From NCBI GenBank assembly GCA_028714075.1, contig JAQTMZ010000001.1, positions 279,753 through 343,752 on the forward strand: a DNA stretch of 64,000 bases, written 5' to 3'. The DNA is from Gallionella sp. GTDB taxonomy: Bacteria; Pseudomonadota; Gammaproteobacteria; Burkholderiales; Gallionellaceae. The translations under genes were made by a program, and so were the position numbers. Below the pieces are notes generated by a model. The model had not been told where the DNA came from. It saw only the letters and a program-made list of their open reading frames with translations, and did not search any database. Below are positions 63,985 to 64,000 of the stretch, piece after piece. Within the stretch, counting starts at the first letter, position 1. Each line of letters opens with the position of its first letter.

Positions 63985-64000
63985 TGAGTTGTATGGAGCT

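Overview
Bacterial chromosome segment with betaproteobacterial gene content, most likely Gallionellaceae (Gallionella/Sideroxydans-like iron oxidiser; inferred from a cyc2 gene and protein styles). Left to right: hrpA and an orphan trpG/pabA; an AT-shifted region with an alginate-export-family beta-barrel and an unannotated 25-aa membrane-peptide transcription unit; tRNA-Tyr/Gly/Thr-tuf-tRNA-Trp-secE-nusG-rplKAJL-rpoBC-rpsLG-fusA-tuf and the S10 operon, ending at rpsQ; metK; a ~13 kb accessory island; the iron-oxidase cytochrome-porin cyc2; prmC; mshL plus a TPR gene; mutM; a phosphoesterase; ferredoxin-coaD-rsmD-M16 peptidase pair; ftsYEX; a PAS kinase, NarL-type regulator and GGDEF protein. 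The island holds cysC, two SEC-C/TPR/SPINDLY-like GT41 genes sharing an apparently identical 1,200-bp catalytic segment, CmcI-type and class I methyltransferases, an acyltransferase, manC-gmd-fcl and a SEC-C/TPR sulfotransferase. It is the best candidate for an undescribed system: cytoplasmic protein O-fucosylation with methyl, acyl and sulfate decoration, next to cyc2. The window also carries several small palindromic repeat families, two of them inserted in frame in prmC and manC. All calls were made by eye from motifs; no database search was run.
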